A DNA stretch of 64,000 nt from contig NIVC01000797.1 of assembly GCA_002269645.1 (NCBI GenBank), forward strand, positions 248,001-312,000, written 5' to 3'. The DNA is from Macrostomum lignano. Lineage: Eukaryota. This document shows, one piece after another, positions 30,391 through 54,334 of the stretch. The notes under the pieces are model-generated. The model made no database searches and had not been told where the DNA came from. It worked only from the letters and a program-made list of their open reading frames with translations. The stretch's first letter is position 1. Each line of letters opens with the position of its first letter. Both the position numbers and the translations under genes were made by a program.

Positions 30391-30709
30391 ATAGTTAATG
30401 CAAGTTAAGATTTTCATTGACATTATCAATGCTCAAAACAGGTGAAGTTTAGGCTCTTGTAAATTCTTAGAAATGCACTATAAGCTTATAAGCTAGCTTT
30501 AGATAAATGCATTATTAAACTTATAAATTTTATGAAAATTTTAAGGCATTTGGCGGAAGGCCCTTGACTCCAAGTTGTAGTAATGGGTCTCTTTGGCCGT
30601 GGTCTCGCCGCGTGTTTTACTTTTACTATCAGGAAAATTAATTTTAACGCTAGGGTTAGAAAACTGAACTCCAGCTGGCTGCAAAGCGCGCTGTTTGAAA
30701 CCAACTGCT

Positions 30710-31500
30710 CTCTTGTTGTCACTCTCTGCTGTCACTCTCCTACGAGTATTCTCTTATGGTCACTCTCTGTCGTCACTCTCTGTTGTCACTCTCTGTTTTC
30801 AATCTCTGGTGTCACTCTCTGTTGTAACTCTCTGTTGTTACTCTCTGTTGTCACTCTCTGTTGTCACTCTCCTATTGTCACTCTCTGTTGTCACTCTCTG
30901 TTGTCACTCTCTGTTTTCAATCTCTGGTGTCACTCTCTGTTGTCACTCTCTGTTGTCACTCTCCTATTGTCACTCTCTGTTGTCACTCTCTGTTGTCACT
31001 TTCTGTTTTCAATCTCTGGTGTCACTCTCTGTTGTCACTCTCTGTTGTTATTCTCTGTTGTCACTCTCTGTTTTCAATCTCTGGTGTCACTCTCTGTTGT
31101 CACTCTCTGTTGTTATTCTCTGTTGTCACTCTCTGTTTTCAATCTCTGGTGTCACTCTCTGTTGTCACTCTCGTATAGTCCCAGTTTAGTATCACTCTTG
31201 TTACTCTCCTATTTTCACTCACGGTTATCACTCTCCTATTGTCACTCTCTTATTGTCACTCTCTTGTTGTCACTCCCCTATTGTCACTCTCTTATTGTCA
31301 CTCTCTTATTGTCACTCTCTTATTGTCACTCTCTTGTTGTCAGTCTCGTATTTTCACTCTCGTATTTTCACTCTCCTTTTGTCACTTTACTATTGTCACT
31401 CTCCTTTTGTCACTTTACTATTGTCACTCCTATTGTCATTTCCCTATTGTCACTCTTCTATTTTCACTCTCCTATTGTCACTCTCTGTTGTCACTCTCCT
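30710..31500. repeat. 13-bp degenerate satellite (TTGTCACTCTCTG)n
   Basis: Read directly; the second half shifts to TTGTCACTCTC(T/C)TA variants. Confidence 0.9.
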
Positions 31501-32079
31501 ATTTGTCACTTCTCATTGTTCCTCGTCATTTTATCTGTTACATACATGCAATTCTGTATATTTAAATCCTACACATTGTCACACTACATTGTCATTCTAT
31601 TGTCAAAAAGTTCAAATGTTCACTCTTCATTGGCACTAGCTCCAGTATCCATTAAGAACACTAAATACATGTATAAGAAAAAGTTTGAAGAAATCCTAGT
31701 GTACAGCAGCTATTAGCAATAATTTTCCCACTTGCCCATAACTGGAGTGGCGCCACTCCATCCCCCCCCCCTTTGGTCCAGTTTCATATTTTTCTCTGCT
31801 CTCATCAAATTTCAATAGCTTGGCCAAATATCGCAGCAGCCAGGATCGGCCGAGTTGACATCGGCTCCGTCCCGGTGATTAATCAAATCCTGTGCCCATA
31901 GAGGCGACTCAGCGCCGCCACACCGGCGAACTGCGCTATGTGTGGTTTCCTGATATTGGCATTTAACAATGAACTGCTCCCGAGACCGGAGACTCTCAGG
32001 AAATACTGTGAGGTCCTGAGTCATTTGTCTTTTACTCTCTACTGGATCCCATTGCTCACATCCTGTGCCACCGCCCCCT

Positions 32080-33610
<1,531 letters not shown>

Positions 33611-33882
33611 CACAGATGCCTCTTATTTTGTTCTTTGTTCGGTAATTACCGGAAAGGCAGCAGGCGCTGCATCAAAGGAAAGTCTGTAAAGAATTCTTAA
33701 AAGCCAAAAATCAGATCAGATCCAACTTATTCAGTGCGTCTGCTTTTAGAAAATTGGAAAATTCAAAGGTAGAAGATAATTGCGTAGAAAGGATAGGAAT
33801 TGTTTACAACTCATGAACCACGGGGACTTCTATAGGGATGGGATGCCCGTGTATTTATGTATTATATATGGATAGCATTTTC

Positions 33883-34535
33883 AGACAGACAGACAGACAA
33901 ACAGCCACTAAGACAGTCAAACAGAATGGCAGACAGACAGGCAAACAGAATGGCAGACAGACAGGCAAACAGAATGGGAGACAGACAGGCAAACAGAATG
34001 GGAGACAGACAGGCAAACAGAATGGGAGACAGACAGGCAAACAGAATGGCAGACAGACAGGCAAACAGAATGGCAGACAGACAGACAAACAGAATGGCAG
34101 ACAGACAGGCAAACAGAATGGCAGACAGACAGGCAAACAGAATGGCAGACAGACAGGCAAACAGAATGGCAGACAGACGGGCAAACAGAATGGCAGGCAG
34201 TCAGAAAACTAAATGGCAGACTGACAGGCAAACAGAATGGCAGACAGACAGGCAAACAGAATGGCAGACAGACAGACAAACAGAATGGCAGACAGACAGG
34301 CAAACAGAATGGGAGACAGACAGGCAAACAGAATGGCAGACAGACAGGCAAACAGAATGGCAGACAGACAGACAAACAGAATGGCAGACAGACAGACAAA
34401 CAGAATGGCAGACAGACAGACAAACAGAATGGCAGACAGACAGGCAAACAGAATGGCAGACAGACAGGCAAACAGAATGGGAGACAGACAGGCAAACAGA
34501 ATGGGAGACAGACAGGCAAACTAAATGGCAGGCAA
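33883..34535. repeat. 24-bp minisatellite (GGCAAACAGAATGGCAGACAGACA)n
   Basis: Read directly; 8-aa MADRQANR periodicity. Confidence 0.95.
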
Positions 34536-34925
34536 TCAGAAAACAGCACCAGATGCCCTAGCGGCTATCAGCTTTCAAAGGGTCAGTGCGGTTCGCTGCC
34601 AAAAAGGCGGACTTATAGCGTCAGGCCCGGAGCAGTCTTTATCTTAACGTGAAATACGAGCCCTTCGCGGGCTCTGCACGGGGCATTTCGCGCATTCCCA
34701 ATGCATGGAATATTAAAGAAGGCCAAGCAGTGCCTGCAACCCGAAGGGGAGGATGCGGTGTCGGGGATTAACGGCGGCAGGAAGGGGAATATTGCCCGAC
34801 AAAAATGCACATATTTTTAACCCCCAAACTGCGAACTGCACTGTATAAGCATACTGGCAGAGGGCCTTAGCGCTGAGCAGATCTATTCAGTGGAATGTCT
34901 GATGTACTACTGAGCGTTTCTGGGT

Positions 34926-35020
34926 CCCTCTCGCTGCACCCTCCATCCCGCCTCTCTACCCTCTCGCTGCACCCTCCATCCCGCCTCTCTACCCTCTCGC
35001 TGCACCCTCTATCCCGCCTC
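34926..35020. repeat. 33-bp repeat, ~3 copies (CCCTCTCGCTGCACCCTCCATCCCGCCTCTCTA)
   Basis: Read directly; abuts the next array. Confidence 0.85.
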
Positions 35021-35021
35021 C

Positions 35022-36437
35022 AGACACTGGGAAAGACACCAGGACACTGAGTTAGACACCAGGACACTGGGAAAGACACCAGGACACTGGGAAAGACACC
35101 AGGACACTGAGTTAGACACCAGGACACTGGGAAAGACACCAGGACACTGGGAAAGACACCAGGACACTGGGAAAGACACCAGGACACTGGGAAAGACACC
35201 AGGACACTGGGAAAGACACCAGGACACTGGGAAAGACACCAGGACACTGGGAAAGACACCAGGACACTGGGAAAGACACCAGGACACTGGGAAAGACACC
35301 AGGACACTGGGAAAGACACCAGGACACTGGGAAAGACACCAGGACACTGAGTTAGACACCAGTACACTGGGAAAGACACCAGGACACTGGGACAGACACC
35401 AGGACACTGAGTTAGACACCAGGACACTGGGAAAGACACCAGGACACTGAGTTAGACACCAGTACACTGGGAAAGACACCAGAACACTGGGAAAGACACC
35501 AGGACACTGAGTTAGACACCAGGACACTGGGAAAGACACCAGGACACTGGGAAAGACACCAGGACACTGAATTAGACACCAGGACACTGAATTAGACACC
35601 AGGACACTGGGAAAGACACTGGGACACTGGGAAAGACACTGGGACACTGGGAAAGACACCAGGACACTGAATTAGACACCAGGACACTGGGAAAGACACT
35701 GGGACACTGGGAAAGACACCAGGACACTGGGAAGGACACCAGGACACTGAGTTAGACACCAGGACACTGGGAAAGACACCAGGACACTGGGAAAGACACC
35801 AGGACACTGAGTTAGACACCAGGACACTGGGAAAGACACCAGGACACTGGGAAAGACACCAGGACACTGGGAAAGACACCAGGACACTGGGAAAGACACC
35901 AGGACACTGGGAAAGACACCAGGACACTGGGAAAGACACCAGGACACTGGGAAAGACACCAGGACACTGGGAAAGACACCAGGACACTGGGAAAGACACC
36001 AGGACACTGGGAAAGACACCAGGACACTGGGAAAGACACCAGGACACTGGGAAAGACACCAGGACACTGGGAAAGACACCAGGACACTGGGAAAGACACC
36101 AGGACACTGGGAAAGACACCAGGACACTGGGAAAGACACCAGGACACTGGGAAAGACACCAGGACACTGGGAAAGACACCAGGACACTGGGAAAGACACC
36201 AGGACACTGGGAAAGACACCAGGACACTGGGAAAGACACCAGGACACTGGGAAAGACACCAGGACACTGGGAAAGACACCAGGACACTGGGAAAGACACC
36301 AGGACACTGGGAAAGACACCAGGACACTGGGAAAGACACCAGGACACTGGGAAAGACACCAGGACACTGGGAAAGACACCAGGACACTGGGAAAGACACC
36401 AGGACACTGGGAAAGACACCAGGACACTGGGACAGAC
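35022..36437. repeat. 20-bp minisatellite (ACTGGGAAAGACACCAGGAC)n
   Basis: Read directly; the distal ~600 bp is a perfectly homogeneous run. Confidence 0.97.
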
Positions 36438-37147
36438 GGTGTCAGAACGGGCCATTCAAGCAAATCCATCTCCTACGCCTGAAAGCAATCGATTTGGAAT
36501 TTATGTTCCTATCAGCCAATCAAAAGCCTTCAGCTGGCACATAGCAGTTTTCAGAAAATATTAAATTGTCCAGGATTTTGGCCCCCTGATCCGCAGCTCA
36601 TCGAACCAGCTTCTGTCGGCCGTCTGTGATCAGCAATTCTTGAATAAAAGCAAATTTTCGATTAGGAAGAAAATCGTCTTTGACTTACCTCGAAAATATC
36701 GATAATTAACAGGCAAGCAGATTCTTAATTACCATTGAGTGTCAAAAATACGAGTGTCCTAACTCATTAACACTTGGGTCATCTGCTTTCTTATAGTTCC
36801 ACTCGACCCCATAGGCCAACTTATGCTAATTTAATATGGTACCTATAACTGTACAGTGAGAATTGAGTGTGCCCAATGTACATGCGAGCATTCATACTTA
36901 TCGTGCTGGATGCTTTCAGCTGTACACATTAAACAAATTGCATTGACGTAGTAAGCTATGCTCTTTTTGTGAAAATCTAAACAAAAGAGGCTTGCTAAAA
37001 GAATTACTATGCTCGTGAATAATTGTACTTTTTATTTCTGTCTGTCCTAAGTTTTCTGGCTGACTGTCGCACTGTTTATATAATTACTTAGCACTAAAAA
37101 TCCATAATATCCAAGTTGCCCGTCTCAGTAGCTCCCCTATTATTTCT

Positions 37148-38325
37148 TAGTGTGTGTCCCAGTGTCTGTCCTAGTGTGTCCTAGTGTCTCCCCTAGTGTC
37201 TGACCTAGCGTCTGCCCTAGTGTCTGACCCAGTGTCTGTCCCAGTGTCTGTCCCAGTGTCTGTCCCAGTGTCTGTCCCAGTGTCTGTTCCAGTGTCTGCC
37301 CCAGTGTCTGTCCCAGTGTCTGTCCCAGTGTCTGTCCCAGTGTCTGTCCCAGTGTCTGTCCCAGTGTCTGTCCTACTGTCTGTCCCAGTGTCTGTCCTAC
37401 TGTCTGTCCCAGTGTCTGTCCCAGTGTCTGTCCCAGTGTCTGTCCCAGTGTCTGTCCTAGTGTCTGTCCTAGTGTCTGTCCTACTGTCTGTCCCAGTGTC
37501 TGTCCCAGTGTCTGTCCCAGTGTCTGTCCTACTGTCTGTCCCAGTGTCTGTCCTACTGTCTGTCCCAGTGTCTGTTCCAGTGTCTGTCCTAGTGTCTGTC
37601 TTAGTGTCTGTCCTAGTGTCTGTCCCAGTGTCTGTCCCAGTGTCCGTCCCAGTGTCTGTCCCAGCTAGTGTCTGTCCCAGTGTCTGTCCCAGTGTATGAC
37701 CCAGTGTCTGTCCCAGTGTCTGTCCTACTGTCTGTCCCAGTGTCTGTCCTACTGTCTGTCCCAGTGTCTGTCCCAGTGTCTGTCCTAGTGTCTGTCCCAG
37801 TGTCTGTCCCAGTGTCTGTCCCAGTGTCTGTCCCAGCTAGTGTCTGTCCCAGTGTCTGTCCCAGTGTATGACCCAGTGTCTGTCCCAGTGTCTGTCCTAG
37901 TGTCTGTCCCAGCCAGTGTCTGTCCCAGTGTCTGTCCCAGTATCTGTCCCAGTGTCTGTCCCAGTGTCTGTCCCAGAGTCTGTCCCAGAGTCTGTCCCAG
38001 AGTCTGTCCCAGTGTCTGTCCCAGTGTCTGTCCTAGTGACTGTCCCAGTGTCTGTCCCAGTGTCTGTCCTAGTGTCTGTCCCAAAGTCTGTCCCAGTGTC
38101 TGTCCTAGTGACTGTCCCAGTGTCTGTCCAAGTGTCTGTCCTAGTGTCTGTCCCAAAGTCTGTCCCAGTGTCTGTCCTAGTGTCTGTTCCTGTGTCTGTC
38201 CTAGTGTCTGTCCCAGTGTCTGACCTAGCGTCTGCCCTAGTGTCTGTCCCAGTGTCTGTCCCAGTGTCTGTCCCTGTGTCTGTCCCTGTGTCTGTCCCTG
38301 TGTCTGTCCCAGTTAGTGTCTGTCT
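37148..38325. repeat. 12-bp satellite (TGTCTGTCCCAG)n, inverted relative to 26473-26935
   Basis: Read directly; shares rare variants (CCCAGCTAGTG, CCTACTG, CCCAAAGT, CCCAGTTAGTG) with the reverse complement of the 26.5-kb array. Confidence 0.95.
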
Positions 38326-38675
38326 TATTCTCACTGTGCGCCTTAATACATATAAGCAAGACACCTCATGAGCTGAGAACTCTCCTGTCCCAACGGAGAA
38401 AAATATTCATACCGCATCAAATTTCTTTGTTAAATCCACCAGAGAAAGCTGTCACGGGACTGGCACACGGTTACCTGTCTTCTGAATGAGTATTTCAAAC
38501 CTAATGACATACAATAGCAGTCATAATCTCGCTGAGTTGTGTAAGCCCATTTCCATCAGCAGGTGCTGATTAAAGCAAGCAAATATTCTATTTGACAATA
38601 TCCACTCCATGCCAATATTCAAAGCATTTTGTACTGCATGGACTATCACTAAATCGTCCTTGACGCTTTCAGGTC

Positions 38676-48828
<10,153 letters not shown>

Positions 48829-48969
48829 GGCCTTTTCGAGCAGAGCTTTCGCGAGTTCGAATAGCGATTGAGGGTTCGAAAATTTGTGGTTGGGAGATGA
48901 TTGACATGTGTGGCAGTTGGTGTGGACACCGGTTCAATTTTGCAATGAGTACCTACAGTCAAGGGAATA

Positions 48970-49885
48970 AGAAAGACAGGTAGATAAGAGAAGCAGACAA
49001 GTAGATAAGAGAAGCAGACAGGTCGATAAGAGAAGCAGACAGGTAGATAAGAGAAGCAGACAGGTAGATAAGAGAAGCAGACAGGTATGATAAGAGAAGC
49101 AGACAGGTAGATAAGAGAAGCAAACAGGTATGATAAGAGAAGCAGACAGGTAGATAAGAGAAGCAGACAGGTAGATAAGAGAAGCAAACAGATAGATAAG
49201 AGAAGCAAACAGGTAAGATAAGAGAAGCAGACAGGTAGATAAGAGAAGCAGACAGGTAGATAAGAGAAGCAGACAGGTAGATAAGAGAAGCAGACAGGTA
49301 GATAAGAGAAGCAGACAGGTAGATAAGAGAAGCAGACATTTATGATAAGAGAAGCAGACAGGTAGATAAGAGAAGCAGACAGGTATGATAAGAGAAGCAA
49401 ACAGATAGATAAGAGAAGCAGACAGGTAAGATAAGAGAAGCAGACAGGTAGATAAGAGAAGCAGACAGGTAGATAAGAGAAGCAGATAGGTAGATAAGAG
49501 AAGCAGACATTTATGATAAGAGAAGCAGACAGGTAAGATAAGAGAAGCAGACAGGTAGATAAGAGAAGCAGACATTTATGATAAGAGAAGCAAACAGGTA
49601 GATAAGAGAAGCAGACATTTATGATAAGAGAAGCAGACAGGTAAGATAAGAGAAGCAGACAGGTAGATAAGAGAAGCAGACATTTATGATAAGAGAAGCA
49701 AACAGGTAGATAAGAGAAGCAGATAGGTAGATAAGAGAAGCAGACATTTATGATAAGAGAAGCAAACAGGTAGATAAGAGAAGCAGATAGGTAGATAAGA
49801 GAAGCAGACATTTATGATAAGAGAAGCAGACAGGTAGATAAGAGAAGCAGACAGGTAGATGAGAGAAGCAGACAGGTAGATAAGA
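48970..49885. repeat. 21-bp minisatellite (GATAAGAGAAGCAGACAGGTA)n
   Basis: Read directly; has 22-23-bp insertion variants. Confidence 0.95.
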
Positions 49886-51101
49886 GTAGCATATTGATAA
49901 GTAAAATGACACTATAAACATTGTATTAAATGACTGCTTGTATTACAGTTGCAAAAGCACAGACTAAATCTACTGAAGATGTGACGCTGCAATAAACTTT
50001 GTTTATTGTAAATTTTCTTTATTGCAATCCATTTTTTGTACTTCTCTAGGGAATCTTAAAGGAATATGATGGTTCCCATACCTATTACAATATCTATTAC
50101 TCATTTTGTTGTGTTCCACTGAATATCTACAAAGTGTCTCCTTGAGAACCTCCCAGCTGCAATTGTTCTTCATCTCAATTCAAGCCTGGAGATCTACGCT
50201 ATTAATCAACTATCTTGACCTGTTTCATACCATTTTTATGGATTTTTATATTTTTTCTACGGACATGTTGGAGCTTTGGACGCATGCAGACGAGGCTGAT
50301 AGAGTCGTTCTAGCTACAGCGAAAAGAGAGCTACCTTTCTCAATTCTCGAAGGAATTACTTTCCCTAAATCAGAGCAACTGGGACTCGCTCCGTGCCTCC
50401 GGCAACTTGGCTTGTTTGCAATGTAGCAGCAGAGCTACGAGCTACCCTCTTGTTAGGGAAATCTATAATCACGATCTGCTTTTGGCAAGAAGTTGGCGGC
50501 AACAGAAAATCCTCAACTGTTTGATCCCTCCGGAGGCGTTCTTGGGGCCTTGAGGGCTTACATCCTGCACCGCAGCAGTGTGTGGGGGGTGGGGGGCAAT
50601 ACAGCCAAGATTTATGGAGTAGCTTAACCTCGGAGAGTGGGAAACCAAATCCCACTTGCTTTCAAGGGGAAATTTGGGGAGGGGGGAGAAAGATAAAAAA
50701 GGCCGTTCTAGCGTCTGCCTTTTTATCGGCCTTTTAAGTTTTCTACGAACAGATATTGCTTATCTCCCAGTGTTGCATGCCTTGGCAAGTACCTACTTTA
50801 ACTATTATTTTATACCTTCAAATTACTAGCCTGTTACCAGCTGCTTTACTTCTTGCAATTCTTATCTCGTGTTAAAGAAACGAAACTCTGTATGCTTGAA
50901 TAATACATGTACTAGTCCATGCAAAACTATGACTATAATGCAATACAAATGTACAATACCCTATTCTAATAACCAGCTTATTTGAATACCAAAACAATTT
51001 TGCTTTGCGTTCGTCAGCTCATTTCAGACTTCGCTTCTTCATTGGAAGGGTAGAAAACGCTAAATCCTTCTGTGTAAATTGAATATCTCTTATCCATTTT
51101 C

Positions 51102-51430
51102 TTGTAGCTGATTGGCTGCAGCAAACCTCTCCCCTAACACTAGGGACGAGAAGTTCTGTAGGCACTGTACACCCAATTTATTGCCTTGTGCCCCTTGTAG
51201 CTGATTGGCTGCAGCAAATCTCTCCCTAACACTAGGGACGAGAAGTTCTGTAGCACTGTACACCCAATTTATTGCCTTGTGCCCCTTGTAGCTGATTGGC
51301 TGCAGCAAATCTCTCCCCTAACACTAGGGACGAGAAGTTCTGTAGCACAGTACGCCCTATTTATTGCCTTCTGCTACTTACTTGCAGTTGATTGGCTGGG
51401 GAAAACCTCTCCCCCACTTTAGTGACGAAA
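51102..51430. repeat. ~91-93-bp tandem repeat, 3 copies plus a degenerate 4th, each with GCTGATTGGC (inverse CCAAT)
   Basis: TTGTAGCTGATTGGCTGCAGCAAA starts at ~51102, ~51195 and ~51286. Confidence 0.85.
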
Positions 51431-51964
51431 AGTTTATGCACACTGTAAATTCTGCTTATTATGGTAGAAAAGTTGAATGCACGTTAAGGCCATCAAGGAG
51501 GGTTACATGTACAAAATATCATATTGCTTTAATTACATTTTATTGCTCTGGGTCATTATCATTTTAACTAACATTGCTGTGCTCAGAAATCGGCAATCAA
51601 CAATTCAAGTAATGCTTGTTAAGCAAACAGTAAGGACTGCGTAGTTGGTGCAGTCACTATGAGTTATTATCGCTATTTTCCTAAAAATGGGATCAAGTGC
51701 AAACAGTTGCAATTAAATAGCGCTGTGAATAATGATACTGCTTGCTCATAGTCAGCTCAATTTTGTTGGGTTAATTGTATTATATGTAAAGCGATCCATT
51801 TGAGCCATTTGAAATTTAACTGATTTGATCAGTTAATCAGGAAATTTGACACAATTATTAAAAATATTTTGAGTCGGTAGTGAGGGTTCATGAATTGTTC
51901 AGTTTTAACTGCTTAAAGGTCCAATTGACTTAAAAGATCCATTGAGTCATGGAACTAAGAGAAA

Positions 51965-52310
51965 CATTGACTCAGGAATCCATTGGGCTCACGGACATTC
52001 ACATTGACTCGGACTCATTCACTCAGGCCCAGGGACATATTCACTCAGGGACATATTCACTCAGGGACATATTCACTCAGGGACACATTCACTCAGGGAC
52101 ACATTCACTCAGGGACATATTCCCTCAGGGACACATTCACTCAGGGACATATTCACTCAGGGACATATTCCCTCAGGGACACATTCACTCAGGGACATAT
52201 TCACTCAGGGACATATTCCCTCAGGGACACATTCACTCAGGGACATATTCACTCAGGGACATATTCCCTCAGGGACACATTCACTCAGGGACATATTCAC
52301 TCAGGGACCC
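51965..52310. repeat. 16-bp minisatellite (CAGGGACATATTCACT)n directly 3' of the sirtuin-like stop codon
   Basis: Read directly. Confidence 0.93.
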
Positions 52311-52321
52311 ATTGGCTCAAT

Positions 52322-53446
52322 TCAGTCGATTCTCTTGGAGCGCCAACTCGTCTCTCCCGGCGCCACCGTGAGCGCCAGCCAGAACTCGCCGCGCCAGCCG
52401 TCAGCCGCCAGGCTGCACTCGAACGCTGGCGGCCTCCAGCCGTCGCCACGCCGCAGCGGCCGGAACAGCAGCCGCAAAGTCAGCGACATCACCGACGCCG
52501 GTCTGAGCGGCCGGAGCTGCACGCAGCTCGCGTTCAACGGCACGTCGAATTCGAACGGCGGTCGTCGCCGCCATTCTGCGTCGCTGCCGCCGCCGTAGCC
52601 AAGCCCGACTGCCGCCAGCATCGTGGAGATGAAGTCCTCGTCGGGGTCCTTCAGCAGCACAGACACCCGATCCGCGGTGGCACGAACGCACAGCCGACAG
52701 TGGACGATCCATCGAAGCGACTTTGGCGACTGCAGCGGAGCCAGCAGTCGGATCAGGAGCTTGGCTGGCGACGCGGACACTCGCTCGTCTGCCTCGTCGT
52801 CCAGCGGGGATCGCGAAAGTCCGCAGACCACGAGACGGCGCCAACATTGGCGGCGCTGACGGCGCTCAGATCGGCGCCAATCGGCAACTCGGTAGTCGCG
52901 TCGAACAGTTCCAAGCAGCAGCAGCAGGTCCGCCGACTCGATTGTCGACGCAATGACGTCATCGTTCTTGATGACGTCATCGCTACGAAGAGGCGCGGAG
53001 AGAGCTCCTCCGCAGGCGGGGCACAACCTGCCCGACGAATCGCCGTCGCTGTCAAAGTCCCAGTGAACTACGGTGCTTCGCCTGCGGCAGGCGTCACTGC
53101 CTCTCAGGCGACATCGTCGAAAGTCCCGACTGCCGGCGGCCTGCAGCAGTTTGGCCGGCGGAAAACCGGCGCGACGCAACCGGCCGTCCGAGGTGTCGAC
53201 GATCGTGGCACTGACGAGGCCGGCGGCGGCCAGAGCAGCCAGAGCGAGGTGCCCGACTCCAGGCTCGTCGACGCCGAGGTCCGACTGGTTGTCAATGCCG
53301 CTGCCAACGATGGCAAGGACGCGGCCGTCAGGTGCCGACTTGGCCATCCAGGTGCCGATATCAGCCGCCTGTCTGTCGGTTGTTGCTTCAGGAGCTTCTG
53401 ACAGCGGCTGCAGAAATTTGTGATTGCCTTGGCGACGTCGGGGCAT
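52322..53446 (-). CDS. Class IV (SIRT6/SIRT7-like) sirtuin homologue with degenerate catalytic motifs and a possibly YEATS-like C-terminal domain, 374 aa, single coding exon
   Basis: Open minus-strand frame; ATG at 53446 lies 2 nt after an acceptor (TTCTCAG, AG at 53450-53449). Collinear with SIRT6 (from memory): [10 protein letters not shown]~[27 protein letters not shown]~[40 protein letters not shown]~[33 protein letters not shown]~GRLC...RGEL; [9 protein letters not shown]~[29 protein letters not shown]~[20 protein letters not shown]. Confidence 0.8.
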   Translation of the reverse strand: [374 protein letters not shown]

Positions 53447-53474
53447 TTCTGAGAATAGTGTTGAGCAATATGAC

Positions 53475-53795
53475 AACTCAGAAACTCAGCAACTCAGTAA
53501 TTCAACAACTCAGCAGCTCAGTAACTCTGCAACTCAGAAACTCAGCAACTCAGCAACTCAGAAACTCAGCAACTCAGAAACTCAGCAACTCAGCAACTCA
53601 GCAACTCAGTAACTCAGTAACTCAGCAACTCATCAACTCTGCAACTCATCAACTCAGCAACTCAGTAACTCTGCAACTCAGAAACTCAGCAACTCAGCAA
53701 CTCAGCAACTCAGCAACTCAGTAACTCAGAAACTCAGAAACTCAGAAACTCAGCAACTCAGCAACTCAGTAACTCAGCAACTCAGAATCTCATCA
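53475..53795. repeat. 8-bp satellite (CTCAGCAA)n, in a probable 5'-UTR intron (53449-53855) of the sirtuin-like gene
   Basis: Read directly; a minus-strand GTAAG donor lies at 53855, and the candidate upstream exon has in-frame stops, so it would be non-coding. Confidence 0.9.
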
Positions 53796-54334
53796 ACATG
53801 GGGAAACGACAACTTAGCTAAAAGATAACAAATAGTATTTTCAGGAAGAACTTACCGAATTCGCAGTCAGATTCCAATGTTTATTCGAAGAACGAGTTTC
53901 AACGCTCTATGCGCTAAGAAGTCGCGCAGTTGATGCATAGCGAGACAAAGTCGCTAAGATGCTTTGCGCGGATGCGGCTTCTTCATATATGGTAAAAAAG
54001 CCGTCTCGTTTTACTGTTCTCAGCCGGCTTCATAAATAATTAATACCAAAAATAACTTGACAACCTAAGATGGGGGCAATTCTGCTGAGTGGAACCGTGA
54101 CAACAATGAATGAATTTTTCATAGCTTTTTGGCGAAATTAGTTTGCAAGTACGATGCGGTGTGTTAAGACATGTTTTATATTGTTCTTTAGTGCTTAGGT
54201 TGACCGGATCTGCTGAGCTTCGTCACTAATTTTTACATGATTCTCATAGGTGATTTTAGGATTTTTCGATCACTTTACGAGCGTATGATTCGAGAGAGAC
54301 GTCATTATTTTTCTCTGATTTCACTGCTCGTCAC

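Noticed and set aside
51983-53401. 472-aa plus-strand ORF overlapping the sirtuin-like gene
   Set aside because: Its first third is the 16-bp array and the rest is the antisense shadow of a GC-rich CDS. Only the minus frame shows ordered family motifs.
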